A stretch of 63,910 bases of DNA, the filler included, from Licmophora abbreviata (taxonomy: Eukaryota), in NCBI GenBank assembly GCA_900291995.1. It is 13 parts of 13 records of this genome, joined end to end, with 100 filler letters (N's around TTAATTAATTAA, not from the genome) between each part and the next. Parts side by side here need not be neighbours in the genome. Positions count along the whole stretch, not along the records: positions 9,466 to 13,813 come from OLMU01000848.1; positions 13,914 to 20,812 come from OLMU01000849.1; positions 20,913 to 23,272 come from OLMU01000851.1; 10 more parts are not named here. The stretch is one strand, 5' to 3'. Both the position numbers and the translations under genes were made by a program. The stretch's first letter is position 1; each line of letters begins with the position of its first letter. Shown piece after piece: positions 11,079-23,133 of the stretch. Below the pieces are notes generated by a model, which ran no database searches, was not told where the DNA came from, and saw only the letters and a program-made list of their open reading frames with translations.

Positions 11079-14000
11079 ATGCCAACATCATTGCTAGAGG
11101 TAGTCCTCGATTCCAATTCCCCGTCTCCGTTTGCCAACTTGAAAGAGGATCCATCCCGCAATCATTGCGAATCGGTCGGCAGGGCAAAAAGCTTTACGGA
11201 GGGAGTAGCCATGTCGTCGCACGATGCAGACGAGAACAGGCAGGGAGGCGTCGGATCGACAGTCGCGGCACTGCATGCATCCTTTGACGCCGCGCTTCTA
11301 GAGACAGGCAAGGATACCGATTCAATCTTTCGGATTGACAAGTTGGCGAATGGAGTTGCTCAGACGTCATCGTGGGATGGGCATGAAATGAATCGAAGCG
11401 CCTCAGGAGAGCTCTCTGGGAGAAAGCACCTGCGTATTCCACCTCGAGAAGGTGTAGAAACTTGTGACGCGGTTGCGCCTGGAACTGTTAGGAAGCTCCA
11501 GAAAACTGATAGTATTACCCCAGCGTGTGAGACAGCAAAGACACCTGGCCGACACCTGCGACCGCCTGGATCTGCAATGAGGAAGTCGAAGACCCCGACT
11601 TCCGCGGCACGCAAAAGACGAACTCCGATGCGACAGCGGCATTCACCGCGCCTGCAGCAGAGGCGAGCAAACAGCGGCGTCCCACCTACTCCACTTGCCG
11701 GCAATGTACTGGACGGTTTTGCTATCCAGTCGCCCGTCACGCCGAAAGCTGCCCTCTTTGGAAAACCGCCTCCTTCGGGTACTCCCACTAGGACAACTCC
11801 TTTTTTCCCGCAGACCATGACGAAAGCCGCGAGGACGAGGGCTTCGTTGACGGGCACGACAGCAAGCGTAATGAGCACATCTTTGGACAATTCACAAAAG
11901 ACCGCAACTGAAGACGCGGCCTCGCCAACTCCGTTCCATTTCACGTCTTTCCCTGCGTCCTTGCCCCGTGTGAATAACCGCCGAGGGACCGACCGTGATA
12001 ATGATAGTCCCAAGCGTCGGCGGCCACCATACTCGTCTCGTAAGGGTGCGCCCGGGACGTTGGACATGGAAATTGATTGTGGTGAAGCGGATTCGAATAT
12101 CAAGTTGTCGGCGCGACCTCAACATTCAATGCAAAACTCTAGTCGCGAGGACACCCACAATTCTAGTCTGAGTAGCTGGTCAGGTGATGCGGGACATCTC
12201 CCGCCGCCTGAAGCGCCGTCCTTCCCACCTACGGTTCTTGAGTGGAAGTCACCGGAGAGCGACAGCGGGCCGCCGGCAAAGGAGACTGATCGTCGCCAAG
12301 ATGAACAGGAGCGACCTGGAGGCGCCTTCGCGCAGGACAACACGCTCTTTGCAGAAGACGAAAACGAGCAATACGGACCTAGTGACGAAGAGTTGATGAA
12401 CAGTCCGTCCGAAAGTCAGGTCACCCGCACGAGGCTGAACTTCAATTTGGTGGGCAAAGCCGATCGAGCCGACGAAGGTAGGTGAAGTGTGTCACTACGA
12501 ATGGTTGCATTGTGAGAAATCATTTCTCATCGCGTCGTTCCTGAACACTCTCTATCGATACAGGCGGCCATCGATCAGACAAGGCAAAGGCTGATGTCTC
12601 CATCTCTGTTTCGACGCAGACCGCTCTGTTCGATGCTTCGGGCTGTGAGGATGCGACGGCCGCATCGTCGTCGTCGATGACACCCAACAGGCATGGGACT
12701 ACTAGCGGACCTTTGTTTGCAAGGGGGGAGATCGGGCTTTCGCCAGTGTCCCGACATGAGGAGCAGTTTCCTTTTCGAATGGACGCTCAATGCTCCCCGA
12801 TTCCGGGGATTCCAGACGAAGAGGGGGGCCACCCGCATGTGTTGCGTTCGCGCCCGTCATTTCCAGGAAGTCCCGGTGAAATGGAAATAGACAGCCATTC
12901 CGCCAAACCTTTGACCAGAGCTCGAAAGAGCCGTCCGCCATTGATTCCATCCTCATCTCCAAGGAAACGCCCGCAGCGTGAGTCCGTCGGAAGCGCGACA
13001 ATAGAAAGAGCCGAAAACGACGAATCTTCCCGCCTTTCGCTCTCACAAGAATCGGAGGAGTCGGTGTTCTCGACAGCGAGTAGCAAGATGCGTCGATTGC
13101 GGCCGATGCCAGATATGTCAGCATTTGACGCTGGTTCTTCGCTTCGCAGCTCGTCCACCGTGAACACCACCGGCGATGAAAGTCCAGGAACATCGGAAAA
13201 CCGAAACCCACCTGCGTCTCCGAAGCTAGTTTGTCCCCCGACGCCAATGCGAACGCCAGCTTGGGCTCAGTCTGTGCATGGATCGCACGCTCCTCTAGCG
13301 AGGTCAAACTCACTGATCGCGACGAAGGTTCTTGCCACCTGTCCGATCCAAGTGCTTGATGGTCATTCGTCACTTGAAAGTTCGCTGTTGGATGACGACG
13401 ATGATGACCCTGAGCCAGAAGGCTTCGCACCTAGATTTCCGCCTGTTGAGGAAGGAATGGAGAATCTTTCTGATCTTCAGGAGATGTTGACAGACGATGC
13501 ACCGCCACGGACGAAGTTAACGCGACATTCCTCCCTTCCAGTCGCAGACATGCCACCACCCCCGCCCCTCGTGTCCAGAAGCTCGTGCAGCCCACGTGCT
13601 CTAAGCGGATTGGGGGGCTGTACGGCAGCGACCAACATGTCACCAAAGACTCCAGGGCCACTGAAGACAGCAACGCGCTTGTCGAGCGGATTCGGAGAAG
13701 TCGGTTCCATCGTTTCCTTTGCCGACAATTTCGAGAATTTGGGGGAACTTGGCACCGGAACCTTTGCGGACGTCTACAAAGTGCGCTCAAGGTTGGACGG
13801 TCAGCTGTATGCTNNNNNNNNNNNNNNNNNNNNNNNNNNNNNNNNNNNNNNNNNNNNTTAATTAATTAANNNNNNNNNNNNNNNNNNNNNNNNNNNNNNN
13901 NNNNNNNNNNNNNACCGGAACCTTTGCGGACGTCTACAAAGTGCACTCAAGGTTGGACGGTCAGCTGTATGCTGTGAAGCGAAACAGGCGCCAGTTCCGC

Positions 14001-15153
14001 GGGAAGCGTGATCGAGAAATGGCACTCGCTGAAGTCCGAACCATGCAGCAATTGCAGAGCGTTTGCGCCCACCCGTCAGCAGGTACCACAGGCGGCAAGG
14101 CCAATGCGAAGACCGTGCACAGTCTCTTTGTGCTTTTCTTCTTCCAGGCTTGGCAGGAAGAAGGGTACTTCTTTTGTCAGACAGAGCTGTGCTGTCGTGA
14201 CACTTGTCGCGATCTCTTGCAGTCGCTAAGAGGCAACTGGCAATCAGCGTCGAAGAAGTATAACAGCCTCCGAAGTCTGAAGTCGCACGGCTCGGCCACG
14301 GCAAGCACAGACATGTGCAATGTTGGACGTCTGACGCCTGAATTGACAATCTGGAAGATCTGTCATGACGTGGCCGCCGGCTTGAGCCATGTTCATGCTC
14401 ACCGTGTAGTCCATTACGACATCAAATTGTCGAACGTTTTCTTCATCGCGCACAGTCGTCTCGGCGCCATGTGCAAGATCGGCGATTTTGGCATGGCGGG
14501 TCAGATCGGAAGCGCTGAAGACGGACAGGAAGGCGACACTATGTATATGGCCCCGGAGCTCCTGTCGTCTGGTGTCAAGCATACAAGCGCCGACATTTTC
14601 AGTCTAGGGCTCTCGTTGTATGAACTGGCATCACACGTGTTGTGGGAGATGCCTTCAGAAGGCCCTCGCTGGCTCGAGCTTCGGAACGGCTCTCACGCTC
14701 CTGACCTACCTACGTCACGGAGCAAGGAGCTGTCGCAGTTGATCCAATCTATGATTCACCCGGTCCCCGAATTCCGACCGACTGCTGACGATATCTTGAA
14801 CAAAGTCGATAACGTGAAGGCAGTTGGAACGAAGTGCGACCCGTTCCTGAGAGACTACATTAAAGACATCGAAGAATTCGACCGTGTCGAGGAGCAACGA
14901 CTAGCAATGGAGCAGATGGAAGCGGACGAACGGTAAGTATGTCGTCGAATCAGTGACGTGCAACTACCGCAAAACGACTAGCTCACTCCAACTGTGTTCG
15001 CTCTCTTCCTCAATCATTCCTTGTAGAGGACAAACGCCACGAAATGCAAACACTAAAAGGCTCTTTCGCTTCGACACAACGGAACTGCCACCCGGCATGG
15101 AAGCCCCCGCGCCTCCAGTGCTGTTTTCTCCTCAGGCCGATCCAAAGAAATGA
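11079..15153 (+). CDS. WEE1: Wee1/Myt1-family protein kinase with a long disordered S/T-P-rich N-terminus (introns about 12478-12563 and about 14933-15027; spans a gap)
   Basis: LGTGTFADVYKV..YAVKR, HYDIKLSN, KIGDFG and the Wee1/Myt1-type EGDTMYMAPELL; many SP/TP sites; first intron joins ORFs 11079 and 12677 in frame. Confidence 0.85.
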
Positions 15154-15774
15154 TTGAATACTGTAAAATTACGCATACTTCCCGATAACGTGAAACCAAC
15201 ACTACAACTTAAAAGCAAACATGTATGTTATAACAACCTGGTGAGATCGATAAGGTATGATGTCTATACACGTAGAATAGGCCCAATTTTGGAATCTACC
15301 CATCGTTGCCGGAATCATCAGAAGTCTATAGCTAGGATCCAAAAGAATCAACAGTACAGGCTCCCTCTCAAGGAACGCAGTGCTGTGACAAGAAATGAAC
15401 TGGTAGGCATATGTGCGTAGTCTATATCTAGAGACAATACCTATGATAGGATACGACCTACGGTGCCATGTATGAAGCATGTTGTCACCGCATCGGAGAT
15501 CTATTGAGAAAAGGTCCAAATCGCAAATCGTGAGTTTTGAGTTTTGGTGCCAAACATCAAACATCGCTGATTGATGGAATCCGGCATTCAGTCATCGAAA
15601 AATGCTTCCAAGACCTCGGCACGCCTCTCCACCGTTCAATTTCAGCGCGCCTCATCCGGCCGGAATTCACTTCAATTGAACATGAACTGCCATCCCCGAC
15701 TCTCGACTCTGCACTCTGTGTCTATCTTCAATCTCTTGCTCAAATTTTGAGATCGTTTCAGTCACATAGAAACC

Positions 15775-16806
15775 ATGTATCTGTCTCTCTTCTTGTTCTG
15801 CGCCGTTCCAGCGCTCGGGTGGACCACGGTGCCTCACAACGCACGAAGCTCGGCCAGGATGAGTGCCGCGCGACTTTCGGCCAGCACAGCGTCTACGGCA
15901 ACAACTACTTCGTCTATTGCATCCGCTGCGTCTTCTGAGACCGTCGAGTTTGCCAAATACGAAGGGCTCGGCAATGATTTCATTTTGATTGACAATCGTG
16001 ATCAGAAGGATCCGTCGTTGACGCCAGAACAGTCAGCTCATTTGTGCGACCGCAATTTTGGAATTGGAGGGGATGGTGTCATTTTCGCGCTGCAGCCTCC
16101 GTCCAGCGACTATGATTTCAGTATGCGGATTTACAATTCGGATGGCAGCGAACCAGAAATGTGCGGCAATGGTATTCGGTGCTTTGCGCAGTTCCTGAAA
16201 GATCTCGGCGCTGATTCCGAGTCCTACCGAGTCAATACCTTGGCCGGACCGATCATCCCCGTCATGAACGAAGATGGCACCATTACGGTCGATATGGGAG
16301 AACCGATATTGGAAGGAGGCAAAGTTCCGACTACCCTTGAACCCAACTTCGAAGGCGACAGTGTTGTGGAGCAAACGCTGGCATGCAATGGGAAAGAGTG
16401 GAAGTGCAGCGCTGTTTCAATGGGCAACCCGCATGCCATAATCTTTGTGGACGACTTGCAAGACCCGACTGTGTTAGAGTTTGACAAGGACGGACCCGCT
16501 CTGGAGTCACATCCTGCATTTCCGGCTCGCACCAATGTAGAGTTTGTTCAGGTCATATCAGACAACCACCTCAAGATGAAAGTGTGGGAGCGAGGGGCCG
16601 GTCCGACACTGGCATGTGGGACTGGCGCGTGTGCTCTCACTGTAGCGGCCATTCGAGCAAACAAGATCCCCAGGGCAGGGGTAGAAGGTACGAGAGTTAC
16701 TCTGCCTGGAGGCGACTTATTTGTCGAGTGGAGAGAATCGGACAACAAGGTCTACATGAAGGGACCAGCGACCTTTGCCTTTCAAGGAATTGCAAAGTTA
16801 AAGTAG
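15775..16806 (+). CDS. dapF: Diaminopimelate epimerase, plastid-targeted
   Basis: FAKYEGLGNDF, GIGGDG, PEMCGNGIRC, SMGNPH and ERGAGPTLACGTGA; signal peptide plus Ser/Thr/Ala-rich transit peptide. Confidence 0.96.
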   Translation: MYLSLFLFCAVPALGWTTVPHNARSSARMSAARLSASTASTATTTSSIASAASSETVEFAKYEGLGNDFILIDNRDQKDPSLTPEQSAHLCDRNFGIGGDGVIFALQPPSSDYDFSMRIYNSDGSEPEMCGNGIRCFAQFLKDLGADSESYRVNTLAGPIIPVMNEDGTITVDMGEPILEGGKVPTTLEPNFEGDSVVEQTLACNGKEWKCSAVSMGNPHAIIFVDDLQDPTVLEFDKDGPALESHPAFPARTNVEFVQVISDNHLKMKVWERGAGPTLACGTGACALTVAAIRANKIPRAGVEGTRVTLPGGDLFVEWRESDNKVYMKGPATFAFQGIAKLK

Positions 16807-17122
16807 TGAAGTTGAAAGTCTCATCAATACTAAGTCGTAGATTGATGAACCCGCACATGAGCGAGTCTACTACACTGTAGTTACGGTAGTTGCGGACTAG
16901 CGAGCTACAGCCCCGCCGATGTAGTTCTATCTCATCGTGGATGACGCTCTTCCCGTCACATCCCCTTCTCCGTGGCGTCTGGCAGTCCGACCACTGACGG
17001 CTCCAACCTCATCGACGACAACTTCAAACTGCGCACGCCTCGAACAAAATTGAATCGGAACACACTCGAGTGAGTCAAGAGCGTCACGCGTCACAGAATC
17101 AGCGCAAGCGTACGTGTTAACC

Positions 17123-17892
17123 ATGGAGGAAGCAAGCATCAGCGACGTTCGCTACGCCGAGATTGAAAAGTTCGTCACCTCGTTTATTGCAATCGAAGAT
17201 GCTTCATCATTGTTTCATGAAGAAGGAATTCATCTGGAGTCTCTCAATGAGCAAGCAGGAGTCACAGTTGAGAGTAGACCGACTCACACACTCGCCGCGG
17301 GCAGCGATGGCCCGTGGCGCTGGGACGGCCTGGACCTTATGAACGATAGAACGGCCTATGTTTCTGTCACGTCCTTGTCCAGAGGAACGACATTATGCAT
17401 GGTTCTGCTGAAGGCGCCCGAGTGGAAAATCATTTCGGCTATGACTTGCCAGTCGGGTGATTGGACGCGTCAATTGCCGATGTGGTCTCGGAAGGTGCCA
17501 AACCATACATGAAGGCAAACCGAGCTGCCGACGGTGAGGCCATGGCGAACGTTTTCCATCCGGTCAGTCGTCTCACATATGCTCGTAGTGATGGAGCTCT
17601 CAGCGTTCACTCTCAACCCGAATTCTGCAACATGGTCAGCACCCGGTGGAGCTCGGATCCTTACAAGGCGTACTCTCATCTTCAAGAAGACCCCCGGGTT
17701 CTCGCCTCCGACAAAATGATGGGCGGTTCTATGATAGGGCCACGGCATGGAGTTATCCGGCTGAAGGTTGGGTTCCCTCCTCTTCTCTACACGGATATAC
17801 TGTTCTTTGTCAAGATTGACTCACAATGGTGGATCGTGGCCAAGTCGTCCGTGAACGATTCGTTTCTGGAGGACGAAGCCAAGAAGGACTGA
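17123..17892 (+). CDS. Tandem NTF2-like (putative lumazine-binding/SnoaL-like) protein with an apparent frameshift near 17460
   Basis: Two overlapping ORFs, each ending in an NTF2-like strand pattern (LLKAPEWKIISA; YTDILFFVKIDSQWWIVAKS); one extra T in GGTGATTGGAC would fuse them. Confidence 0.6.
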
Positions 17893-17943
17893 TGGGTTAT
17901 TAATTAATGAGAATTCTAGCTGTTCGATAGTCTCAATCTTGCT

Positions 17944-18756
17944 CTACGTGTCGACTTCTCGTTCGAGCTTGGCAAGTCGGAAGCCGATCTGGCGTCGACG
18001 ATTGGCTGCGGCCTGTGAAAGGTTGGTGGTGCCTTCGAAAGGTAAAGCAAAGTAGAGTCGCAGCGCGTCTAGCTCTCCGACCGGATCATTTTTGGCTTGA
18101 CAAACTTTAGCGAGTAGCTCCAAGGAAGAAGAATCCTTCTGACAAGACAAAGTGCAAGCTTCGGTCGACGATTCGAAGGCCCCGTCTACGTCGCCCACAG
18201 CTAGCAGTGACTCAGCGTGGCCTCGATATGCCCGAACCAACCACTTCAGCCCTGTCGGTACCGTTGTTTCTTCGGGAGACATGTCCCCGCTCATCTCGTC
18301 TCTCGCTCTCTGAAGATCTATTGCTGACTGTCGGGCATGTTGGATCCCACGTTTGTACAACAAACATGCCGTGTCGTAGTCTTTCTGTTGCTTCGCCCGT
18401 CCCGCTTGCATTACAAGCTCGTATCCATCCAACAAGTCTCGTGATGGAGGAGGAGAGTCTCCGTCCGCCTCGATTATTAGGTCTAACAATGCATCCCCCG
18501 AAATCCTTCGATGTACAATCTTCTTGTCGCTTTCTTCCACCACGACAGGCCCGTTGCCACAGAGCGATTCGCAAGTTCCCGCCGATACCGACATGCCCGG
18601 AGGCGCCAATGCCTGGAGCTTTTGCAGTGTCTCTTGCGCTCCGTCAGCCACACATCCTGGAGAAAGACAGACTTGGTATTTCTTGGATTGAATCGTCGTG
18701 GCCAATGCTGTCAGCAGGTACGAAACTTTGAAAGCACAGAAAAACAAGGGCGCCAT
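17944..18756 (-). CDS. Thioredoxin-like [2Fe-2S] ferredoxin domain fused to TPR-like repeats, with signal peptide
   Basis: C-x4-C-x26-C-x3-C (VCLSPGC...CESLCGNGPVV) followed by TPR-like helices (KDYDTACLLYKRGI; AYRGHAESLLAVGDVDGA). Confidence 0.7.
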   Translation of the reverse strand: MAPLFFCAFKVSYLLTALATTIQSKKYQVCLSPGCVADGAQETLQKLQALAPPGMSVSAGTCESLCGNGPVVVEESDKKIVHRRISGDALLDLIIEADGDSPPPSRDLLDGYELVMQAGRAKQQKDYDTACLLYKRGIQHARQSAIDLQRARDEMSGDMSPEETTVPTGLKWLVRAYRGHAESLLAVGDVDGAFESSTEACTLSCQKDSSSLELLAKVCQAKNDPVGELDALRLYFALPFEGTTNLSQAAANRRRQIGFRLAKLEREVDT

Positions 18757-19012
18757 GGCATGGTGAGTGTGTTGTGCAGTGTGGCCACAGGGTTTGCCAG
18801 GTTGAAGCAGTTTGTGAGCACGATCTTGTCGACTTGAGAACAAGGACATTTCGAAAATGTCAGAGAGTCATAGCACATAAGTATACGATTTGACTCCTTC
18901 GATCGATCGCGCTGCATGATGAGTGATGCCACGTGCGTTCACAATGGCGGTCGAAGTGCAGCGTCGGCGACTTCCAATTTGCTTCCTTTCTCTTTGCTCC
19001 AGCTCTCCCATC

Positions 19013-19733
19013 ATGCCCCCTATTCGACCACAGGTCCTCAACGACGCCTTCTTGGCAGCAGCGAATGAAACAAGACAAAAACTTCCGCAGTTGACGTCGA
19101 ACCAAGAGGTACGATTGTGGGAAGTCCGTCGGACACAGATACTCCTTCTCCCACGCGCTGAATTCTGTACTCACTGATGGATTCCATTTCGTTCTTCCTT
19201 TTCCCTCTATTGATTTCATTCTAATGTTTACTCAGGTCGCTCGTCTATATCGTCATTCTTTAAAAACGTTGAGTAGCTGGGCAGTCGATCGCGAAATCTT
19301 CAATGAAGAGGCTACCGTCCTAAGGGCTCGCTTTGACTCGGCACGAGGTTGCACTCCGGCCAAGGCGTCGCACTTGTTGGTCGCTGGACAGCAAGAACTC
19401 TTTGAAAACACTCATCCTGATAAATACTGTGTGCCGTAAGTAATGCAGCTATCCATGAATGGCTCGTTAGTCATGGAAATATGCACGGAATATGTCGCCA
19501 AGAGCTAACTTCGCTGTCGACCACTACATTGTACTTGCAGCTTCATGCCCGGAGGTTCATTGTTTATGCGCAACCCACCGCCCCCGGCCGAAGTTTGCTT
19601 CCCGGATGGAAATCTTCCCGATGACTTTCCCAAGTATACCGTCAATCCAGACATGAGCATCAGCAAGCCGGAAACTGGCAAGAGTGCCATTGGAAGTGTA
19701 TTGGTTGACTTTACAAAGAAGAACATGGAATAA
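19013..19733 (+). CDS. NDUFB9: NADH dehydrogenase (complex I) subunit B22/NDUFB9, LYR family; exons 19013-19108, 19236-19435, 19541-19733
   Basis: Spliced product ...QEVARLYRHSLK..SWAVDR...HPDKYCVPFMPGGSLFMRNPPPP; two in-frame GT-AG introns. Confidence 0.88.
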
Positions 19734-19860
19734 GAAGGATGGCAGTATACGATGTACGATTACTCGTAGGACCAAGGTTGAAAGGAGCGTTTCAATATCT
19801 AATTTGAGAAATGAATTATGATAAACGATTCGTCGACAGTCTGTAAGGTTCAAGATCTCT

Positions 19861-20395
19861 CTAAAAGTCGCTGCAGCGTCCTTTCCGTTCCCAATCTCCA
19901 AAGCGTGTCGGTTCTGGCAGTCTTCCTCCTCGTGTTGGTCCTCCCCATTCGCGCCCCTTGACAGCAAAGGTTGGATGGGGGTCGACGAACATTTCCTCTT
20001 GCTCCATCTCGTCGTCTACGTTCACATCGCCGCAGGCGCTCGTCAGCTCCTTTTCTGATGACTTCGCCGATGAATCTGAAAAAAACAAGTTGGTTGAACA
20101 AGTTAAAAAGCGAGTTAGTTGAGACATGTAGGTGACAAGACGACAGTCCAATGCGATGGATGTCTTTGATAGGGTCAAGCGACGGGCAGACGTCGCAGCA
20201 CGGGACACGGGACCCAGTCAGCGCACCTTGTGATGAGAACGCAGCCTCTGTCTTCGTCGCTTTCGTCTCGGAAACGAGAACTCCCTCAGGACTTCCTGAG
20301 AGATTTCTTCCTATGCATAGTAATAATGAAGGCGGAGGCCGTCCGGCGGTCGCAAAGACGCGCTGCAACAAAGGCTTCGCTGCTCTCATCGCCAT
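19861..20395 (-). CDS. SDHAF4: Succinate dehydrogenase assembly factor 4 (Sdh8/DUF1674); intron 20076-20226
   Basis: C-terminal EWGGPTRGGRLPEPTRFGDWERKGRCSDF signature; Arg-rich mitochondrial-type presequence; phase-1 intron joins the two ORFs. Confidence 0.9.
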
Positions 20396-20912
20396 CTTTC
20401 ATCTTCTTTGAGAGTATCATAGATGAAACGAGCTGTGGAGCTCGTCGCTCTTCGTGTCTGTGTCACCTGAGCACTTATGGACTACGACATTTTGTTCGGA
20501 TGCCCGCACATGCCGCCGGAGGCGCATCTGATCAGCAAAACTGCGACAAAAGTCGATCCCGTGGGAATGTGCGGGAATGGTCATCTGCGAATAGACTCGC
20601 AACTATACTACTCCAGCTACAAACACACGATGGTTCCTTCTATACTTCTACCCGCAAAAGTACAGTTGGGACCAAATTTCCATTCATCGAGTCACAGATG
20701 GGATCGAATTTTCGTCTCACAAAATTTCAACTGCAAAAAATTGACTCGTCTCACAAAAGCATCTCATTGTTTCGTCGCCGGCGTCGTCTTTACTGTGAAT
20801 TTCATCTTACCTNNNNNNNNNNNNNNNNNNNNNNNNNNNNNNNNNNNNNNNNNNNNTTAATTAATTAANNNNNNNNNNNNNNNNNNNNNNNNNNNNNNNN
20901 NNNNNNNNNNNN

Positions 20913-22034
20913 AGCGTTCAGCCATCTATCACGGCTGCTCCGAGCTCCCAGCCGTCCGTGTCGCTTGTGCCCTCGAGCTTCCCGTCCGCGTTCCCAAGCG
21001 CAGCGCCCAGCACAATTCCATCAGGAACGCCGAGTGTGTCCCCGACCCTGTCCGACTGCGGGCTCACTCCTGAGCAACGTTCCGTGGCAATTCTGGCCGT
21101 CCTCGACAATGTCACTGAGCCTACGCTCCTTCGCGATCCTGAGACTTTTCAAGGACAGGCAGCGAATTGGCTCATTGACCAAGACATCTTGTTTCTTTGC
21201 CCCGATGACGAAAAGCTAGTGCAACGTTTTGCACTTGCTTCCATCTATTACGCCACCAGCGGCCCGCAGTGGTTCCAATGCTCAGGAAACCCCGAGGCTA
21301 CTGACCCCTGTGGCACGGAAGAACCATTCGTGGGTGACCAGCGTTTCCTAAGCGGCGTCAACGAATGTCAATGGGCTGGAATTTCGTGCGACAGTCTGCT
21401 CTGTGTAAATGAAATTGAGTTTGGTGAGTGAAAGGTTACGAGCGTCACACGTCATCCACCACGCGACGAGAACACTAACCGTTTAGTGTTTGTCTCTCTG
21501 ACCCACGCTTTCCCTGTAGAATTCAATAATCTCGTTGGGACGATTCCAACGGAAATCGGCTTGCTGACTGGCCTTCAGATTTGGGGCATGGAACGGGGTG
21601 GCCTTGTCGGCGAAATTCCAACTGAGATTGGACTGTTGAGCGACCTCACGTTTCTAGATCTGGACTTTAACAACATCACAGGTAGTCTGAGCGCCGAACT
21701 TTTGTCTCTCGACAAGCTCGAACAGCTCGATCTCAACAATAACCAAATGACTGGTAGTGTTGGGGGTATCGGAGTCTTTCCCGCCATGGAGTTCTTGCAG
21801 TTGCACGATAACTTGTTTACAGGAACAATCCCAGAGGGTGTCGGAATGTTTACCAGCATGGAGGTCTTCACGCTGCACGAGACATCCATCAGTGGAACGA
21901 TGCCTGCGTCGGTCTGCAACTTGCTCATTAATACGACCAACAGCGTTGGTATTCTGGAGTATTTGGTTGCAGATTGTCAGGGGCCCGACCCGGACATTGT
22001 CTGTGAGTGCTGTACCGAATGTCGTGCGGAATAG
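20913..22034 (+). CDS. Extracellular leucine-rich-repeat protein (5'-truncated at a gap); intron 21424-21519
   Basis: PS/PT-rich linker, Cys-rich LRR cap (ECQWAGISC), plant-type LRRs (NNLVGTIPTEIGLL) and C-terminal ADC...CECCTEC. Confidence 0.88.
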
Positions 22035-22151
22035 AGTGGGTCGGATGTGTGACGACGAGAATGGTTTATATTCAAGGAACCAATCTTGTCGCTATATAAA
22101 CCAGAAAATGATGTTCGCCTATATTCTCATTCGTCGACTTGTCTTGATCTA

Positions 22152-22910
22152 CTAGTCATCGGGATAGACTTCGACATGTATGGCCCCCAGCGCAGCCGCC
22201 AAGTCCCGCGCTGCGCTGGCATACTTTTGCGAGACACCCACCTCCAAGGGAAATCCCATTTCCGCCGCCTGAACACAAAAATTACACACCTCTCCAAAGG
22301 AGCTGGCAGCCTCAGCATCCGACAATCCAGTCGCTTTGGCATAGTCGGTCGGATTCGCCGCCATCAAGCTGGCTTGAATACGCGTCAATCCTATATCGGA
22401 AAGTGGTGGCAAGTCGGCCGGCACCCCTACTCCGCTTGTATAAACTCCAAAAGGCACTCCATGTCTTGATTGTTTGGTGAGCTGAACAGAGTTTTGGAGC
22501 AGTTCGTACTGCTGAAGTGGCTCGCTGGCACTACAGAACCAGACTCCCGCGTCACTCTCGCCCATGCCTCCGACAAACTGCTCACTTTCGGAAGAAAGAT
22601 GATAGTGGTGATTGACTGCCTCCAATACAGCCTCGGGTGACGACACCTCAATCAAGGGAGTCTTGTTCGCTGCTGAAGGCATCAAGATGCGACTTGAAGA
22701 AGCTTCACTGCCACTCTTCCCTGGCAACCAAAGAAACAACGGAGGGTTCGCCTCAGCAGCTGTGGCGTGGTCTGAAAATCGTCGAATCCCAGCTGTAGAG
22801 ACATCGATACCGGCTCGATCAGCAAGATTCGATACAAGGAGCCTGTCACAGGCTCGTTTCGCCTTCCATCGGAAGGAACCGACTCTTCTCGATAGAAACG
22901 CCGCCGTCAT
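22152..22910 (-). CDS. Probable mitochondrial protein resembling TatD-associated radical SAM proteins but lacking CxxxCxxC
   Basis: Arg-rich presequence; VWFCSASEPL (GGEP-like), GVYTSG (TNG-like), ASLMAANPTDY and FGEVCNF motifs in radical-SAM order. Confidence 0.55.
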   Translation of the reverse strand: MTAAFLSRRVGSFRWKAKRACDRLLVSNLADRAGIDVSTAGIRRFSDHATAAEANPPLFLWLPGKSGSEASSSRILMPSAANKTPLIEVSSPEAVLEAVNHHYHLSSESEQFVGGMGESDAGVWFCSASEPLQQYELLQNSVQLTKQSRHGVPFGVYTSGVGVPADLPPLSDIGLTRIQASLMAANPTDYAKATGLSDAEAASSFGEVCNFCVQAAEMGFPLEVGVSQKYASAARDLAAALGAIHVEVYPDD

Positions 22911-23133
22911 GGTCGCGTCGTCGCAATGTCAGAAGTGAAGTTTGAAAGTGGGAAGTTGGAAAGTCGAAAGTGTGAGCCGCGCGCGGTTGGTGGAAGAATC
23001 GCGCGATAGCAAGCGTCGTGACACACGCACTTTGAACTTTCTTGGAAGATGATTGCTGGACCGGCGACATCCTTCTGCAGTGTGCTGTTTTCGTTGCTGT
23101 CGAGAGGAAGAACCACAAGCTCAGCCACGCACG

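Noticed and set aside
19013..20395. Adjacent NDUFB9 and SDHAF4 as a respiratory gene cluster
   Set aside because: Only two convergent genes with no shared promoter; compatible with chance.
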